Source: Desulfobacterales bacterium
Lineage (GTDB): Bacteria > Desulfobacterota > Desulfobacteria > Desulfobacterales > SG8-13
Length of the DNA: 28,390 bases
Direction of reading: 5' to 3'
Assembly: GCA_039768375.1 (NCBI GenBank)
Contig: JBDNAO010000517.1
Coordinates: 1 to 28,390 of the forward strand
Shown here: positions 7,352-18,069 of the stretch, piece after piece
Layout of the letters: each line of letters opens with the position of its first letter
How positions within the stretch are numbered: the stretch's first letter is position 1
Notes under the pieces: generated by a model
Told to the model about the DNA's origin: nothing
What the model saw: only the letters and a program-made list of their open reading frames with translations
Databases searched by the model: none
Translations under genes and position numbers: made by a program

Positions 7352-8308
7352 TTATTTTTCAAAGAAGGCTTTCAGCGATTGGCTGCGGAGCAGGTTTTCG
7401 ATCTGCAGGCTTCTGTCGCGGAGTTGGTCGAGCCGGTCGAAGGTAATCGCAAGGGTGTAAGTGGTGCCCTCGAAATTGCCGGGTGGGATCAATTGCACGC
7501 CGGGGCCTAGATTCAGATGTCGAACCAAATCCTGGAAACTCGCCGTCGCGGCACTCATCACCGGATAGCGGCGTCGCCGCAGCAAGGACCGAAGCTGCCC
7601 GGCCTTTTGTGACCGTTCGATTTCCAGTGCCGACAGGAGGTTCTGGAGTGCGGGTTCGTTCAGGAGTTCGGAGATCGTTATCTTTTCGCGCCGGGCGATC
7701 TCGGTCAGCAGGGACACCAGTTCCCGCTGCCGGTTCAATCCCAGCTTGAGATCGGCGAAGAGGCGCCCCAGAGATTCGGCCGTCGCGCTGTCGAGCCGCT
7801 TCAGCTCGAGCGCCATGGCCATGGCCAACTCGCCTGCCGCCAGGCGGGTTTGGAGCCCGGCCGGCAGCGTCGTCAACGACATGATCTTGCGCATCAGAGA
7901 TGGATTGCCGGGCAGCGCCAGTCCGGCCGCCTGACGGCTCAGGTCCGTCTCATCCGCGGCAACTCCAGCGAGCAGGTTCAGTGCACGCGCGGTTTCGATC
8001 AGATTGAGCGGCCGCTGCAATGAATTGTCGGCAATGGCCAGCCGGACGCAGGTGGAATCGTCGGTATCTGTGGGCAGCACCCGCGCCCGGAGGTCGGATC
8101 GTCCAAGAAGACGGCAGGCGTCGATGCGGCGGAATCCGGCCACGATTTGATACGCGCCGGCCTTCTTACGCAGAATCGGCGGATCCAGCACACCGAGGGC
8201 GGCAATCGAGTCCTTCAGTTTGTCGATCACATCAGATGTGGTGATGCGGTAGACCGTGTCCTCGAGTTGGAGACTTTTAAGTAGCAGAGACTGCTCGTTA
8301 AAACGCAT
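7352..8308 (-). CDS. ParB/Srx N-terminal domain protein (orphan ParB-like)
   Basis: [16 protein letters not shown]...[12 protein letters not shown] (GxxRxxA motif), [13 protein letters not shown]; start overlaps the purC stop by 11 nt. Confidence 0.8.
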   Translation of the reverse strand: MRFNEQSLLLKSLQLEDTVYRITTSDVIDKLKDSIAALGVLDPPILRKKAGAYQIVAGFRRIDACRLLGRSDLRARVLPTDTDDSTCVRLAIADNSLQRPLNLIETARALNLLAGVAADETDLSRQAAGLALPGNPSLMRKIMSLTTLPAGLQTRLAAGELAMAMALELKRLDSATAESLGRLFADLKLGLNRQRELVSLLTEIARREKITISELLNEPALQNLLSALEIERSQKAGQLRSLLRRRRYPVMSAATASFQDLVRHLNLGPGVQLIPPGNFEGTTYTLAITFDRLDQLRDRSLQIENLLRSQSLKAFFEK

Positions 8309-9194
8309 GCCGAACGCCGGTCAACTGATCGAGGGCTTCCATATATTTACGGCGGGTATCCCGGACGACCGATTCCGGTAAAGCGGGCGCCGGCGGTTGC
8401 TTGTCCCAGCTGATCGACAGCAGGTAGTCACGCAGGTACTGCTTATCGTAGCTTTTCTGCGCGCCGCCGGGAGCATAGGTGGCACGCGGCCAGAAGCGCG
8501 AGGAATCCGGTGTCAGGACCTCGTCGATGAGGACGAGGTCATCCCCGCAGTAACCGAACTCGAATTTGGTATCCGCGATGATGATGCCTTTCTGTTCGGC
8601 CAGAGCCGCTCCGCGACGGTAAATGTCGAGGCTCAATTCCTTCACCTTTGCGGCCGCTTCGGCACCGATTCTGCTAACCACTTCGCCGTAGTCGATGTTG
8701 ATGTCGTGTAACCCGATCTCCTCTTTGGTGGAAGGCGTGAAAATCGGTTGCGGCAGTTTGTCCGATTCCTTGAGGCCGTCGGGCAGGCGGATGCCGCAGA
8801 TGGTGCCGTTTTTCCGGTACGACGCCCATCCCGAGCCGGAAATATAGCCGCGCACGACACATTCGATCGGCAGCGGCCGGGCCTTTTTCACCAGCATGCT
8901 TCTGTCCCGCAGCTCGGCTGCATACGGTCGGCACGCCTCCGGATAATCCGCTACCGCGCCGCTCACGACATGATTGCCGACCAAGGGTTCCATTTCTTTG
9001 AACCAGAAGAGTGACAGGCGGTTGAGAACCTTGCCCTTGTCGGGAATCGGATTGGGCATCACCACGTCAAAAGCCGAGATGCGATCTGTGGCGATCATCA
9101 GGAGATGATCCCCGAGGTCGTAAACATCGCGCACCTTTCCCCTTTTCAATAGGTCAAGGTCCGGAAAATTAGTTTCAACAACCGATGTTCCCAT
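8298..9194 (-). CDS. purC: Phosphoribosylaminoimidazolesuccinocarboxamide (SAICAR) synthase
   Basis: [54 protein letters not shown]; start chosen at ATG 9194 (track extends to 9212). Confidence 0.96.
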   Translation of the reverse strand: MGTSVVETNFPDLDLLKRGKVRDVYDLGDHLLMIATDRISAFDVVMPNPIPDKGKVLNRLSLFWFKEMEPLVGNHVVSGAVADYPEACRPYAAELRDRSMLVKKARPLPIECVVRGYISGSGWASYRKNGTICGIRLPDGLKESDKLPQPIFTPSTKEEIGLHDINIDYGEVVSRIGAEAAAKVKELSLDIYRRGAALAEQKGIIIADTKFEFGYCGDDLVLIDEVLTPDSSRFWPRATYAPGGAQKSYDKQYLRDYLLSISWDKQPPAPALPESVVRDTRRKYMEALDQLTGVRHAF

Positions 9195-9224
9195 ATGGGT
9201 ACCTGCTTTCATTTATGCATTTGA

Positions 9225-9428
9225 TTCAGAATTCAGCACTGCCTCTGGCCGCCGCCTCCAGTTTGATCGAAGAGGAAACGTTTACATTTCGGTGAAAAAT
9301 TCCAAATCACAAATAACAAATAACAAAAAAATCACAATAACCAAAATTAAAAATGACAAACCTGTTTGGGTCATTGGATATTGACAATTGGAATTTATTT
9401 GGAATTTGGAGCTTGGGATTTGACATTT
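9225..9428. repeat. Composite heptamer-built palindromic element, copy 1
   Basis: Left arm of AAAT(T/C/A)(C/A)C units, right arm of G(G/A)A(A/T)TT units; homologous in inverted orientation to 18114-18310. Confidence 0.85.
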
Positions 9429-9543
9429 CTGAATACCCCAATACCCGGGATAGTGTCTCTAAAGATGGCCTTTCTATTGGGTATCGTACCGCTAAGTTTC
9501 ACACAACGGTAGCGTGGGGCAAAACGAGCCGGGTAACCGCCAA

Positions 9544-9900
9544 TTACTTGGCTGGCCTCCGCTGTTGTCGGAAGGCCTTGATGAATTTTTTTAAAATCTC
9601 GCGGGCGGCCTCATCCGGTTCGAGCAGCTCGATGCCGAGTTCATACTTTCCGTGCTTGTTTTTCCCGGCGTGCACCACGTGGCCTTTGATATCGACGACA
9701 TCTTCTTCAAGCCCGACGGACAGCTTCAGATGGCGGCCGATCTCGACCGGCAGGTGGGTTTCGAGGCGAATGCCGGCTTCGGAAACGTCCAGGGTCCGGC
9801 CCATGGTCTGACGGTCGGCCTCGCCCGCGCCGTCGACTAGCACGTAGGACAGGTTCAGAGAATTGATTCGGATAAATTTTCTTTTGTCTTTGGTTGTCAT
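9544..9900 (-). CDS. Stand-alone PilZ domain protein (c-di-GMP receptor)
   Basis: RKFIR (RxxxR) and DVSEAG (DxSxxG) motifs; 118 aa. Confidence 0.9.
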   Translation of the reverse strand: MTTKDKRKFIRINSLNLSYVLVDGAGEADRQTMGRTLDVSEAGIRLETHLPVEIGRHLKLSVGLEEDVVDIKGHVVHAGKNKHGKYELGIELLEPDEAAREILKKFIKAFRQQRRPAK

Positions 9901-9924
9901 TTTTGCACTTTTCCGATCGGCCGT

Positions 9925-11115
9925 TTACTGCGCCTTTGACGTCTTAGCGAGATGTAGGTTTTTATGGTTCTCACAGGCAATCATGGTGGTGACCGAAATG
10001 CATGTTGCCAGGTTCTCGATAATGTGACGAAACGAGTTGGGCAGGCCTTCGTACTCCGCCACCAAGCCAGGTACGTCCAGCGGCGATAATTTGAGGTCGG
10101 CAGACGCGAAAACCGATGCGGCATGAGGTTCGTGGCCCATTTTGAGAAAGGGTAAGTGGCCGAAAAAATCGCCCTTCGAGAGCTCCAACAACGGCACTAG
10201 GCCCTCTTCGGTTTTGCGCCCGATCGCCGCCTTGCCTCTGGTGATCGTGAAGACCCGCTGTTCGTTCTGACCTTGCTCGATCACCGGTCTCATGTCGCGC
10301 AGAAAGCGATCGGCTTTGTCCTTCTCGGCATAAATCCGGGCCAAGTTGTCGGTGGCCTGATTCAGGCGGTTGTCGAGACTCTTGACGACCTCGCGCAGTT
10401 CCTGGCTCATGGCGGCGTATTCGTTGGCCAGCAGGTGCGAATCGAGCATCCCCAGTTGAACGCGGCTCATTGCTTTGGCCGTGGACCTGCGGACGCTGCT
10501 TTCCGTTAAAAAAGAAGAGATGCTGCCGACATAGGCGCCGTCACTGAGGCGCAGGATCTTCAGGGATCCTGCATCCGTCTGCTTGGATATTTCCACGATC
10601 CCTTCCAGCACCACCCACATCCAGTTCCCGTAGTTGCCCTCGAGGACGATTTCGTCCCCTTCGTAGAACTCTTCCTCGTCCACCACGTACATGTAGTCGA
10701 CAAACGGCCCCTTGATCAACGGCAAGGTCCTGTCGCCGCTTGCATCGCTTGAATCTTCTTTATAGGAGACGGGGCCGAGTACTGGGATCTTGCCGTCATC
10801 CACCATGCGCGAACCATCAAGGATGATTTCCATGCGGTTCTTGTTGATGACGTTTTCGTGTCCGACCGGCTCCTGACTGAAGGAAAACTCGCCTTCCGTC
10901 CAACCGAACAACGAAAAAAGGGCTTCCAGGCCGGCTAGATCACCGTTAATGGCGTCAACCGGGTCTCCCTTCGCCATGTAAATCATACCGGGAGACGGTG
11001 CATACTTGCTCATGATGCGGAGCACGCCGGTTCCGCCGTTGTTACCAATGATCTGCACGATCTCACCCAGGCTGAGAAAATCCAGGCTTCCTGAGAATGC
11101 AAGGCCGTTGCTCAT
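9925..11115 (-). CDS. DUF4388 (PATAN-like) + two cyclic-nucleotide-binding-like domains
   Basis: N-term FSGSLDFLSLGEIVQIIGNNGGTGVLRI...LFSLFGWTEGEFSF (DUF4388 pattern); cNMP-like repeats FYEGDEIVLEG...LSDGAYVGS...RRSTAKA and IEQGQ...LSKGDFFGH...HAASVFA. Confidence 0.8.
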   Translation of the reverse strand: MSNGLAFSGSLDFLSLGEIVQIIGNNGGTGVLRIMSKYAPSPGMIYMAKGDPVDAINGDLAGLEALFSLFGWTEGEFSFSQEPVGHENVINKNRMEIILDGSRMVDDGKIPVLGPVSYKEDSSDASGDRTLPLIKGPFVDYMYVVDEEEFYEGDEIVLEGNYGNWMWVVLEGIVEISKQTDAGSLKILRLSDGAYVGSISSFLTESSVRRSTAKAMSRVQLGMLDSHLLANEYAAMSQELREVVKSLDNRLNQATDNLARIYAEKDKADRFLRDMRPVIEQGQNEQRVFTITRGKAAIGRKTEEGLVPLLELSKGDFFGHLPFLKMGHEPHAASVFASADLKLSPLDVPGLVAEYEGLPNSFRHIIENLATCISVTTMIACENHKNLHLAKTSKAQ

Positions 11116-11124
11116 GGGTCCGAA

Positions 11125-11739
11125 TCAATCGCTCCAGCTCAATTCCTTCTTCAAGGAGAGCAGTGTCAATTTGAGACAGTTTTGCAGGGTCTTGCCGACC
11201 CCATCCCCTTTGATGGCACTGGCTTGAAACGTGGGGACTTTCAGCTGGCGGTTCAATTCATGCTCCATCTGCTCGATCGGCATTAAGGGTATCCCCTCTT
11301 TGGCGAGATCTCTTTTGTTGAACTGCATAACCAGGGGTACCTTGAGGATATTCAACCCGTAATCTTTCAGGTTCTGGTGGAGGTCCTTGAGGGACAGCAT
11401 GTTCTTCTCGCGCCGGACTTCCAGTGAGTCCGCCACGAAAACCAGTCCGTCGACGCCCCTGAGAACAAGCTTGCGCGTCGAGGTGTACTGCACCTGCCCC
11501 GGCACGGTGTAGAGGTGAACGCGTACGTCGCAGCCTCTCAACTTTCCGAGTTCCATGGGCAGAAAGTCGAAGAAGAGCGTCCGATCACCGTCGGTGTTGA
11601 TCGAGACCATCTCGCCCGACACTTGTTTTTTATAGGCCTTGAAGATGTAATCGAGATTCGTGGTCTTGCCGCAACGCCCCGGTCCGTAATAGACGATTTT
11701 ACACTCGATTTCCCGCTTCTTTAAATTGACGATGGCCAT
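11125..11739 (-). CDS. mglA: MglA-type small Ras-like GTPase
   Basis: KIVYYGPGRCGKTTNL, DRTLFFDFLP, LYTVPGQV, GVDGLVFVADS, NKRD; SD GGAG 8 nt before ATG 11739. Confidence 0.88.
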   Translation of the reverse strand: MAIVNLKKREIECKIVYYGPGRCGKTTNLDYIFKAYKKQVSGEMVSINTDGDRTLFFDFLPMELGKLRGCDVRVHLYTVPGQVQYTSTRKLVLRGVDGLVFVADSLEVRREKNMLSLKDLHQNLKDYGLNILKVPLVMQFNKRDLAKEGIPLMPIEQMEHELNRQLKVPTFQASAIKGDGVGKTLQNCLKLTLLSLKKELSWSD

Positions 11740-11789
11740 TGACGAGACTCCAAGCATGTTCGGAAGTGATGATTGATTTAAACCTTATA

Positions 11790-11819
11790 ATCATAGCCTG
11801 CTTTGAGGGTTTGTGTCAA
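11790..11819 (-). promoter_or_regulatory. sigma70-type promoter for the mglA operon
   Basis: TTGACA (11819-11814) - 18 nt - TATGAT (11795-11790). Confidence 0.5.
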
Positions 11820-11841
11820 TATAGAGAAAGATATAAATATG

Positions 11842-11870
11842 TTGACATTAATTATGATTGTGTTAATGAT
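11842..11870 (+). promoter_or_regulatory. Possible sigma70 promoter for mdh
   Basis: TTGACA (11842-11847) - 17 nt - AATGAT (4/6 match to TATAAT). Confidence 0.35.
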
Positions 11871-11945
11871 TTCAAATTCATGCCATCATCCAATCTCGTT
11901 ATCCCTTTTAATGAAGCATCCCGTTTGCAACCCTAAACTTTATGA

Positions 11946-12893
<948 letters not shown>

Positions 12894-12921
12894 CTTAACA
12901 CGAAAAAGGTAGGCGCCTCCA

Positions 12922-13108
12922 CCCGGATGAGCGGCTGCGCGTCGCGACTGAAACTCGCCGCCAACAGGGCCTAAGACCGGACCAGGCCCGTCTTAAAATG
13001 TAGGTTCCAGATTAAGCCTTAAGATTGGGACTTAAAAGGGGGATCTGCATAGGGTCCGGTCCAAGGCGACTCAGACAGTCAGCCGCTGCGCGCAACCGCT
13101 CATCCGGG
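12922..13108. mobile_element. 187-bp MITE-like element
   Basis: 20-bp terminal IR, 19/20 match: CCCGGATGAGCGGCTGCGCG / CGCGCAACCGCTCATCCGGG; inner IR GACCGGACC / GGTCCGGTC; flanks CTCCA / CTCCG. Confidence 0.65.
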
Positions 13109-13242
13109 CTCCGGTGCATCGTTTTCATGCACCGTGGTGGCCGATATGGAATTCATTTGACCCAACTTTAAGAACAGGTGGTCTTTGCAATTTTTTGTTT
13201 CCGGTTTATCCGGACGGAGATGCCACCACTGGTTGCGGGATC

Positions 13243-13270
13243 TGAGTTTCAAGTTTTGAGTTTCAAGTTT
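13243..13270. repeat. Perfect 14-bp tandem duplication abutting the uvrC stop
   Basis: TGAGTTTCAAGTTT x2. Confidence 0.85.
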
Positions 13271-15193
13271 CTATCCGGATAGAAGGTGCTCCCTTATTTT
13301 TTGTGCCAGTTGCCGGTGAATGCCCTTTACACGGCAGAGGTCTTCGACCGACGCCTCCCGAATCAGCCGCACGCTCTTGAAATGCTTCAGTAGTGCTCTT
13401 TTCCTGGCCTCCCCTACTCCCGGAATGGCATCTAAAGCCGAACTCAGGGCCAGCTTGCCGCGCTGCTTGCGATGGTAGGCGACGGCAAAACGGTGCGCCT
13501 CGTCGCGGATACGTTGGAGGAAAAGCAGCAGGTCGGCCTCGCGGCCGAAGTTGACCGGATTGGCGCGACCGGGTTTGAAAATCTTGTCCGCCGTCTCGCC
13601 GCGTTGGGCATCTTTCTTGGCGATGCCGGTCAAATCGAAACAGCCTTCGAGCCCCAGGTCGGCGACCACCGCCAGAGCAATGTTGAGTTGCCCCTTGCCG
13701 CCGTCGACGATCAGCAGGTCAGGCATCGTTGTCGCGGTCACGTCGCGTTGCAACCGCCGTCTGAGTACCTCGTTCATGGTGGCGTAGTCATCGGGGCCGC
13801 TGACGTTCCGGATGCGGTACCGGCGATAGGCGTTTTTGTCCGGTTCACCGTCGATGAAGACCACCATGCTCGACACCGCTGAGCTACCCCCTAAATTCGA
13901 GTTGTCGAAGCACTCGATCCGGGTGGGCAGGCGATCGAGTTGAAGGCGCTTCTGCAGACGCCGGAGCAGATCGCCGCGATCGGTTTCGAGCGCCCGGTGC
14001 TCCTCGAGTTCTTTGGCGGCATTCTGAACGGCCATGGCGAGCAACCGGGCTTTTTCGCCGCGGCGCGGACGATGAAGGACGACGCGCGTCCCCTTGACCG
14101 CCTGCAACCACTCCTCAAGTAAAGTGGTCTCTTCCGGAAGGACCGGCATCAGGATCTCATTGGGAATGAACTGGGCCGTCTCGTAGTATTGCCGGATAAA
14201 AGCCGAGATCAGCTCCAGGTCATCGACAATTGGGGCGGTGAAATTAAAGGTGCGGCTCCCCAGAAGAAACCCGCCGCGCACGAAGAGGAGCGTCACCAGC
14301 GAGAGGTCCGCGCAGCGGGCACAGGCAATCACATCCCGGTCCTTGACATCGGTCGATACGGCGACCTGCTTCTCAACCGTGCGCTCGAGGGCAAACATCT
14401 TGTCCCGCAGACGGGCTGCCTTTTCAAAATCCTGCCGCTCGGCGGCCGCGACCATATCGGCTTTGATCTTGCGGATTAAAACCGGGGTCCGGCCCTTCAG
14501 AAACAAGACGACCTCCCGGACCATTTCCGTGTATTCTTCCCGGTTCACGTCACGACAGCAGGGCGCAAGGCACCCCTGCATCTGGCAGTGCAGGCAGGGT
14601 CGGGTCCGGATCGTGAATTCCCGGTCGGTACACTTGCGGAGTTTAAAGGTCTTGTTGATGATCTTGAGGGTTTGGCGCACCGCGTGGGCCGAGGCATAGG
14701 GTCCGAAATAGAGGGCACCGTCCTTTTTGGGTTTACGGACGATCGACAGGCGCGGATACGGGTGGGTCACATCGAGCCGCAGCGACGGGTATCGCTTGTC
14801 GTCCTTGAGGATAACGTTGTATCGCGGCCGGTGACGCTTGATGAGATTGGACTCGAGTATCAGGGCCTCTTTTTCTGAAGCCGTGACGATGGTTTCGATG
14901 TCCGCAATTTTTTTTACCAGCACAGCGGTCTTGATATCCGGTTTTCCAGAGGCTGAAAAATAAGATGACAACCGCTTGCGAAGATTGCGGGCCTTGCCGA
15001 CATAGATGATCACACCGGCGGCATTCCGCATCAAATAGACACCCGGTTCGCCCGGAAGATGCGGCAGCATGCCGCGCAGGTCGTCCAGGGATTGCCGGCC
15101 CGGGGTGTCGTCATGGGTTTCCGGCACCGGCGAGTCGCCGACGGGCTCGGTCCGGACTTTGGGTCGGTCTCGGGAGACGCGGTGCATTTTCAA
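13271..15193 (-). CDS. uvrC: Excinuclease ABC subunit C
   Basis: GIY-YIG region (PGVYLM...[12 protein letters not shown]), Cys-rich segment, [23 protein letters not shown], HhH IPGVG; start overlaps the uvrB stop (TTG 15193 or ATG 15187). Confidence 0.96.
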   Translation of the reverse strand: MKMHRVSRDRPKVRTEPVGDSPVPETHDDTPGRQSLDDLRGMLPHLPGEPGVYLMRNAAGVIIYVGKARNLRKRLSSYFSASGKPDIKTAVLVKKIADIETIVTASEKEALILESNLIKRHRPRYNVILKDDKRYPSLRLDVTHPYPRLSIVRKPKKDGALYFGPYASAHAVRQTLKIINKTFKLRKCTDREFTIRTRPCLHCQMQGCLAPCCRDVNREEYTEMVREVVLFLKGRTPVLIRKIKADMVAAAERQDFEKAARLRDKMFALERTVEKQVAVSTDVKDRDVIACARCADLSLVTLLFVRGGFLLGSRTFNFTAPIVDDLELISAFIRQYYETAQFIPNEILMPVLPEETTLLEEWLQAVKGTRVVLHRPRRGEKARLLAMAVQNAAKELEEHRALETDRGDLLRRLQKRLQLDRLPTRIECFDNSNLGGSSAVSSMVVFIDGEPDKNAYRRYRIRNVSGPDDYATMNEVLRRRLQRDVTATTMPDLLIVDGGKGQLNIALAVVADLGLEGCFDLTGIAKKDAQRGETADKIFKPGRANPVNFGREADLLLFLQRIRDEAHRFAVAYHRKQRGKLALSSALDAIPGVGEARKRALLKHFKSVRLIREASVEDLCRVKGIHRQLAQKIREHLLSG

Positions 15194-17190
15194 CTCTCGA
15201 AGACGGCCAGTTTCTGCAGAGACCGGATCCGGTCGCGCAGCTCGGCCGCTCTTTCAAATTCCAGGCCCTTGGCGGCTGTCCTCATTTCATGTTCCAATTC
15301 CCGGACGGCTTTGTCGATGTCGTCCAGCGAATCATACGCGTCCACCGTTTCGGCGACTTGACCGGGTGCCGGCCGGTTTTCGGTGGTATCGGTTCGGTAG
15401 GTGAAGGCCGCCGAGATTTCCTTGACGATCGAGGCCGGCGTGATGCCATGCTTGCGGTTGTAAGCCTGCTGGATACGACGACGACGCTTGGTTTCACCGA
15501 TGGCGGCCTGCATCGAGGGGGTGACCCGGTCCGCATATAGGATGACCCGACCGTTCACGTTACGGGCCGCACGGCCGAAGGTCTGAATCAGGGAGCGCGT
15601 GGAGCGGAGAAAGCCCTCCTTGTCGGCATCGAGAATGGCCACCAGAGCCACTTCGGGAATATCGAGGCCTTCGCGCAGCAGATTGATGCCGATCAGCACC
15701 TCGAAAACCCCCAGCCTCAGGTCCCGGATGATGTCCATGCGTTCGAGGGTCGTGATGTCGGAATGGAGATAGCGCACCGGCAAGCCCAGATCGGTGTAAT
15801 ACTCGGTGAGATCTTCGGACATGCGCTTGGTCAGGGTGGTCACCAGGGTCCGGAAACCGAGCTTGCGGCAGCGGCGGATTTCTTCCAGCAGGTCGTCCAC
15901 CTGATTGACGGCGCTGCGTATTTCGATCGGTGGATCGACCAGACCCGTTGGACGCACGATCTGCTCGACCAGCGTGTCCTGGGCCTCCGAGCGCTCGTAG
16001 TCGGCCGGGGTTGCCGAGACGAAGATCACCTGGTTGAAGCGTCCCTGGCACTCGTCGAATCTCAAGGGCCGGTTGTCGAGCGCCGACGGCAGCCGAAAGC
16101 CATATTCGACTAGCGTTTGCTTGCGCGACCGGTCGCCGCGGTACATGGCCCGCAGCTGGGGCACCGCGATGTGGCTCTCGTCGATGAACATCAGGTAGTC
16201 TTCCGGAAAATAGTCGAGCAGCGTTGGCGGCGGGTCACCGGCCGCTCGCCCGGTCAAATGGCGCGAGTAGTTTTCGATGCCGTTGCAGTACCCGAGTTCC
16301 TGAATCATCTCCAGGTCAAAGTTGGTCCGTTCCTCGATCCTCTGGGTCTCGATGAACCGGTTTTCCAGACGGAAGAACGCGATCCGCTGCTTGAGTTCGG
16401 CGATGATGGTCTCGATGGCGCGCTTGCGGGTGACTTTGGAAGTGACGTAGTGGCTGGCCGGAAAGACGGTCGCCCGTTCCAACCGTTTGATGACCAGGCC
16501 GCGCAGCGCATCGATTTCGGCGATCTCCTCGATCCGGTCTCCGAAAAAATCGATGCGCAGGGCCCGATCCTCTTCGTAGGCGGGAAACACCTCGACCCGG
16601 TCACCCCGGACGCGAAAGATGCCGCGATGAAAATCGTGATCGTTGCGCTCATACTGCAGGGATACGAGGTCCCGCAGAAGGCCGTCACGGCCGATCTCCA
16701 TCTCCTTTTCCAGTTCGATACGCATGCCCAGATAGTCTTCAGGCGCTCCCAGGCCGTATATGCAGGATACACTGGCCACGACGATCACATCACGTCGCGA
16801 CAGGACCGAGCGGGTGGCCGAATGCCGCAACTTGTCGATCATCTCGTTGATGGATGAATCCTTGGCGATGTAAGTGTCGCTGGCGGGGATGTAAGCTTCC
16901 GGCTGATAGTAATCGTAGTAACTGACAAAATACTCGACCGCGTTTCCCGGGAAAAGCGCTTTGAACTCGTTGTAAAGCTGAGCCGCCAAGGTTTTATTGG
17001 GTGCCAGGACCAGCGTCGGGCGATCGAGTTCGGCAATCACGTGCGCCATGGTGAAGGTCTTGCCCGATCCGGTCACCCCCAGGAGCACATGCCGCGGTTT
17101 GTTGTTCCGAATATTGTCACAAAGGGTCGCGATGGCCTGCGGTTGATCACCGTTGGGTTCGAAAGGCGCCACTAAGTTAAATAAAGACAT
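15190..17190 (-). CDS. uvrB: Excinuclease ABC subunit B
   Basis: [41 protein letters not shown]-terminal [12 protein letters not shown]. Confidence 0.98.
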   Translation of the reverse strand: MSLFNLVAPFEPNGDQPQAIATLCDNIRNNKPRHVLLGVTGSGKTFTMAHVIAELDRPTLVLAPNKTLAAQLYNEFKALFPGNAVEYFVSYYDYYQPEAYIPASDTYIAKDSSINEMIDKLRHSATRSVLSRRDVIVVASVSCIYGLGAPEDYLGMRIELEKEMEIGRDGLLRDLVSLQYERNDHDFHRGIFRVRGDRVEVFPAYEEDRALRIDFFGDRIEEIAEIDALRGLVIKRLERATVFPASHYVTSKVTRKRAIETIIAELKQRIAFFRLENRFIETQRIEERTNFDLEMIQELGYCNGIENYSRHLTGRAAGDPPPTLLDYFPEDYLMFIDESHIAVPQLRAMYRGDRSRKQTLVEYGFRLPSALDNRPLRFDECQGRFNQVIFVSATPADYERSEAQDTLVEQIVRPTGLVDPPIEIRSAVNQVDDLLEEIRRCRKLGFRTLVTTLTKRMSEDLTEYYTDLGLPVRYLHSDITTLERMDIIRDLRLGVFEVLIGINLLREGLDIPEVALVAILDADKEGFLRSTRSLIQTFGRAARNVNGRVILYADRVTPSMQAAIGETKRRRRIQQAYNRKHGITPASIVKEISAAFTYRTDTTENRPAPGQVAETVDAYDSLDDIDKAVRELEHEMRTAAKGLEFERAAELRDRIRSLQKLAVFES

Positions 17191-17254
17191 TATATTTTAT
17201 TTCATAAAATATTAATTTTTTTATTAAAAATGAATCCTAATTTTTGCGGCAACC

Positions 17255-17737
17255 TCAAGAATCCTTCGTTTCAGCCAGGAGAGCGATGCACATGGCGGCG
17301 ATGCCGTCGCCGCGGCCGATATGGCCCAGCCCTTCGGTAGTGGTGGCCTTGACGTTGACGCGTTGGGGGTCGATGCCCATGGCGCTGGCCATGATGTCCT
17401 GCATTTCGTCGCGATGCGGTTGCAGTTTCGGCGCCTCGGCAAAGACGACCGCATCCAGGTTGACCACGGAAAAACCTTTCGCCCGAAGGACGGTTAGCGT
17501 CGATTCCAGCAGGCGGATGCTGCAAATACCGAGATAACGGGGATCTGTGTCGGGAAAATGTCGGCCGATATCGCCTTCGCCGGCCGCTCCCAGCAGTGCA
17601 TCACAAGCTGCATGCACCAGCACGTCTGCATCGGAATGCCCTTCCAGCCCTTTCGCGAATGGGATGGTGACGCCACCTAAAACAAGCGGGCGTCCCGTTA
17701 CCAATCGGTGAACATCGTATCCCAAACCGATTCGCAT
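17255..17737 (-). CDS. ispF: 2-C-methyl-D-erythritol 2,4-cyclodiphosphate synthase
   Basis: MRIGLGYDVHRL, GHSDADVLVHA, GDIGRHFPDTD, NVKATTTEGLG; SD GGAG before ATG 17737. Confidence 0.96.
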   Translation of the reverse strand: MRIGLGYDVHRLVTGRPLVLGGVTIPFAKGLEGHSDADVLVHAACDALLGAAGEGDIGRHFPDTDPRYLGICSIRLLESTLTVLRAKGFSVVNLDAVVFAEAPKLQPHRDEMQDIMASAMGIDPQRVNVKATTTEGLGHIGRGDGIAAMCIALLAETKDS

Positions 17738-17876
17738 TCGATTCTCTCCGTCTTTCCTCACGATAAGGTAACAAGAGGACTGCAACGGCCACGCCGGTTA
17801 GGCCGAGAGAGGTGCCCGTTTACAACCGGCGACCAAAAAAATATCAGATAATTTTAAGTAACTTAAACAGCTTTTC

Positions 17877-17905
17877 ACTCTATACATCCGCATCGGTATT
17901 GTCAA
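17877..17905 (-). promoter_or_regulatory. sigma70-type promoter for ispF (possibly ispF-uvrB-uvrC)
   Basis: TTGACA (17905-17900) - 17 nt - TAGAGT (17882-17877). Confidence 0.55.
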
Positions 17906-18054
17906 CGACCGGCGGTCAACCCCAGCGGTTCTCGGCGAACCTTTCCCTGGGATCGGGTGCCCCTATTTAATGTGGTTACCTGGCGAAATATTTAGGAATC
18001 TTATTTTTACCGAGAATGGCGAGTCTTCCAGGTGGGGTGACCAACAATGACAAT
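17898..18054. ncRNA. Candidate structured non-coding RNA, family unassigned
   Basis: Three nested long-range helices plus one crossing 6-bp helix; see findings. Confidence 0.3.
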
Positions 18055-18069
18055 CGGCAGTGTTGGCTT

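Noticed and set aside
9295-9428. Possible CRISPR array or Rho-independent terminator
   Set aside because: No repeat-spacer periodicity and no cas genes; it is a heptamer-built palindrome.
9429-9543. Purine-related riboswitch upstream of purC
   Set aside because: Small hairpins are present, but no purine, ZTP or PRPP aptamer motifs were found.
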